DNA of 64,000 nt, taken from positions 3,456,001 to 3,520,000 of the forward strand of contig OZ244799.1 in NCBI GenBank assembly GCA_965219955.1, given 5' to 3'. The notes under the pieces were generated by a model that saw nothing but the letters and a program-made list of their open reading frames with translations, ran no database searches and was not told the origin of the DNA. Origin of the DNA: a bacterium. Its GTDB lineage: Bacteria > UBA8248. How positions within the stretch are numbered: the stretch's first letter is position 1; the number at the start of each line of letters is the position of its first letter. A program made the translations under genes and the position numbers. This document shows, piece after piece, positions 59,196 through 64,000 of this stretch.

Positions 59196-60776
59196 TCATT
59201 TCGGCGCATCCGCAGCGCAGCGAAATCCGTATGCGGGCAACCTGCGGTCGGGGAGGGCGCCCGTTCTGTGAGATGAAGCCAGCGCCCACCACCCGTTCAC
59301 CCAGGACCCGCCCTTGAGCGTTCGCAGCGGCCGGCCGTTTTGCCTGACCGGCCGAGCGCCTTCACGCCCGTTCTTGAACTCGTCCTCCACCCACTCCCAG
59401 ACGTTCCCGGCCAGATCCTCCACGCCGTGAACGCTGGCGCCCTCCGGGCGCCTTCCCACGGCCTTGGGGCCTCCTGCATCGGGGCTCAGGCCGAAGACGG
59501 CATTCCTGTCGCGCCGCGCATTCCCCCACGGATACCGCCTGCCCTTGTCCGCGCCCCGGGCGGCGTACTCCCATTCCGCCTCCGTGGGGAGGCGCTTCCC
59601 GGCCCACGCGCAGTACGCGCGCGCCTCTTCCCACGTCACCCCCACCACGGGGAGGTGCGGGCCGGTGAAGTGGACTTTGCGCCAAAAGGGGGGCTCCGGC
59701 CCGTTCGTCGCGCGCACGAAATCCCCGTAAAGCGCATTCGTTACTTCGAACTTGTCCAGGCGAAACGATGCGACCTCGACGGGGCGCCCGCCCGTCGCCT
59801 TGAGAATCACGCGCCTGCGGCGCCACCTTCTGCGAGAGCGATTCGTGTTGGTGTACTCGACGCCCATCATGAAGCGCCCGCCGGGAATGTCCACCATTCC
59901 CTCGAGAGAAGGCTTGCGGACGGGTGGAGGCGTCCGTGGCTTCGGCGCTTCCGGGGCAGGCTCGGCGGGCGCGAGCCTCGCGGTTTCGGTTTTCGGCTCC
60001 GGTTTTGGTTCGGCTTCGGTTTTCAGTTTCGGTTTCGGCTCTGGTTCCGGTTTCGATTCCGTTTCCGGAACCGCGCCGGTTTCGGCCGGGGGAGCCTCGG
60101 GTTTTTCCTCCTCCCCCTTTTCCGTCGGGAGCCGGGGAGGGGGCAAGCCCTTGATGGCGCGCGCCTTGAGTTCATACTCGATGTTGGTGAGCTCGGGCCA
60201 CCTCGACTTGTCGAGCGAGCCGAGCAGCGCCTTCGCCTCTTTCAGCCGCCCGTAGCGATACAGCAGATAGGCGAGCCCTCGCCGGGCGCTGCCGCTTTCG
60301 GGGTAGCGCGTGTTCGCCAGCCGGAAAAAGAAAAACGCCTCATCGGGGCGATTCGAGTCGTACAGGGTCCAGCCGAGCCCCGTGAGCGCATGGAGAAGCT
60401 CCGGCTCGTGAACGAGCGCCTCGCGAAAATTCTTCTCGGCGAATTTGTAATCCTCCTGGCGGTAGGCCGATTCTCCTGTTGCGCTCAAAGTCTCGCCGCG
60501 GCTCGGCGGGGGCGGCTCGGATTCCAGCGGGGGCGCCGATTCCCCGGGGGAGGGTGGTTTATGCTCCGGCGGAGGCGCGGGAGCCACAGAACGTGTTCGC
60601 TTCAGCGCCTGGGCGGAGAAAGTGGCGTCCCGGGCCTGTTTTTGCTCCGGCGCAACCGGCTCCCGGGCCGGCGGCTCCGCGCCGCCGCACCCAATGCCCG
60701 AGAAAACCAGTACGAGGAAACATGCAAAGGACCAGCGCAGAGGCGGAAGCCCGCCCCCTTTGTTTTTTTCTCGCAT
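59196..60776 (-). CDS. TPR + FGE-sulfatase (SUMF1-like) domain protein, probable lipoprotein
   Basis: Start at MREKNK; lipobox-like GIG-C, TPR helices and an EPKP-rich linker. FGE motifs EVTNALY, PVVGVTW, KRLPTEAEWEYAARG, DLAGNVWEW, GFRCA. Confidence 0.82.
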   Translation of the reverse strand: MREKNKGGGLPPLRWSFACFLVLVFSGIGCGGAEPPAREPVAPEQKQARDATFSAQALKRTRSVAPAPPPEHKPPSPGESAPPLESEPPPPSRGETLSATGESAYRQEDYKFAEKNFREALVHEPELLHALTGLGWTLYDSNRPDEAFFFFRLANTRYPESGSARRGLAYLLYRYGRLKEAKALLGSLDKSRWPELTNIEYELKARAIKGLPPPRLPTEKGEEEKPEAPPAETGAVPETESKPEPEPKPKLKTEAEPKPEPKTETARLAPAEPAPEAPKPRTPPPVRKPSLEGMVDIPGGRFMMGVEYTNTNRSRRRWRRRRVILKATGGRPVEVASFRLDKFEVTNALYGDFVRATNGPEPPFWRKVHFTGPHLPVVGVTWEEARAYCAWAGKRLPTEAEWEYAARGADKGRRYPWGNARRDRNAVFGLSPDAGGPKAVGRRPEGASVHGVEDLAGNVWEWVEDEFKNGREGARPVRQNGRPLRTLKGGSWVNGWWALASSHRTGALPDRRLPAYGFRCAADAPK

Positions 60777-60790
60777 CACCCACCCAATGT

Positions 60791-63220
<2,430 letters not shown>

Positions 63221-63519
63221 GCTCTCGAAAATCTCCTGCCGACGGCTCGTACGAAGGCCGTCTCGATGGCTCCAGAAAACCGGATAGGGGCGACCCAGGC
63301 GGGGGGAACTCAAACACTGCCTTATACCATAGAAAGGGTTGCCTCGACAAACAAACGCAACCACGGACGGTGGATTTCATGGAGGTGTAAGCGCCCTCTT
63401 CTCAAGGGGTTGGAGGTGCGGATCCCTCCCGGCTTTCCTGATTGCCCCAACGCCTCCGTTCGTGGAGAATAGCAGGGTCCGAAACCAGGGTGAATTTCTT
63501 CTCTCATGCGAGGGCATCC

Positions 63520-63978
63520 ATGCGATTCTCACTTAGGTCCGCCGGGAATATCCGCCTCGTCCCGGCCGTCGTTTTCTTCTTGGCGCTGCTCGCTTCCACG
63601 GCGATGGTGGAAAGTCACAAGGATGACCAGGGCGAGACCCACTCACCCGAAGTGGGGGGCTTGATGGAGAAGCTGGACGCAGACTTCGCCGGGCTGGTTC
63701 AGGCCGTCCTCGTCGTCTCGGTTCAGGAACTCGTGAGCGAGACGCCGTTCCCGGCCATCGAAATACAGGCGGAGTCCATCGCCGCCACGGCGAAAATCCT
63801 GCCGCGCGCGGAAGAGTTCCGGGGGGATCATTCGATGCTCGTCCTCTCGCGCCAGCTCGAAGCCGCCGCCAATGGCCTTGCGAAGGCGGCGAGGAACAAA
63901 AACCTGGGCGCGGCCGTCAAGGCGCTGGTGGCGACACACGGCGTTTGCGTGCGCTGTCACGAGGACGCGCGCTTCTAG
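63520..63978 (+). CDS. Class II cytochrome c (c'-like)
   Basis: N-terminal hydrophobic signal, helical body and C-terminal CVRCH. Confidence 0.7.
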   Translation: MRFSLRSAGNIRLVPAVVFFLALLASTAMVESHKDDQGETHSPEVGGLMEKLDADFAGLVQAVLVVSVQELVSETPFPAIEIQAESIAATAKILPRAEEFRGDHSMLVLSRQLEAAANGLAKAARNKNLGAAVKALVATHGVCVRCHEDARF

Positions 63979-64000
63979 TTCCGGGAAAATGACGGGCCTT

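Noticed and set aside
63400-63445. tRNA 3'-half-like string ggttggaggtgcggatccctcccgg
   Set aside because: It lacks the TTCRA T-loop, and no acceptor, D or anticodon arms can be formed.

Overview
High-GC Gram-negative bacterial chromosome segment with no rRNA, tRNA, CRISPR array or intact transposase visible. Most of it is housekeeping: atpF/atpF', a peptide ABC transporter, nrnA, pncB, nuoI, trxB, engB, a full iscRSUA-hscBA-fdx-iscX operon, mutY, truD, rsmI and gyrA, plus many CoA-transferase, crotonase and FAH-type catabolic enzymes. The standout is a tandem pair of large secreted proteins (5358-8960 and 9687-14294). Their passengers are built from repeated Cache-like ligand-binding domains (2 and 3 double-domain modules) fused to an autotransporter-like outer-membrane beta-barrel, with no signalling output domain. 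Both genes share a conserved promoter and a conserved structured 5' leader, and their modules are recombinational mosaics. Other notable items: a UxxC selenocysteine glutaredoxin with a SECIS hairpin that the ORF track truncates; a Tat-lipoprotein vanadium haloperoxidase-porin gene pair; two AT-rich two-gene islets (a putative ART-like toxin pair, and a DUF5678-like protein plus retropepsin); a GyrA with a naturally quinolone-resistant-type QRDR; and intergenic patchworks of nested REP/MITE-like repeats. All family assignments come from motif recognition by eye, not from database searches.
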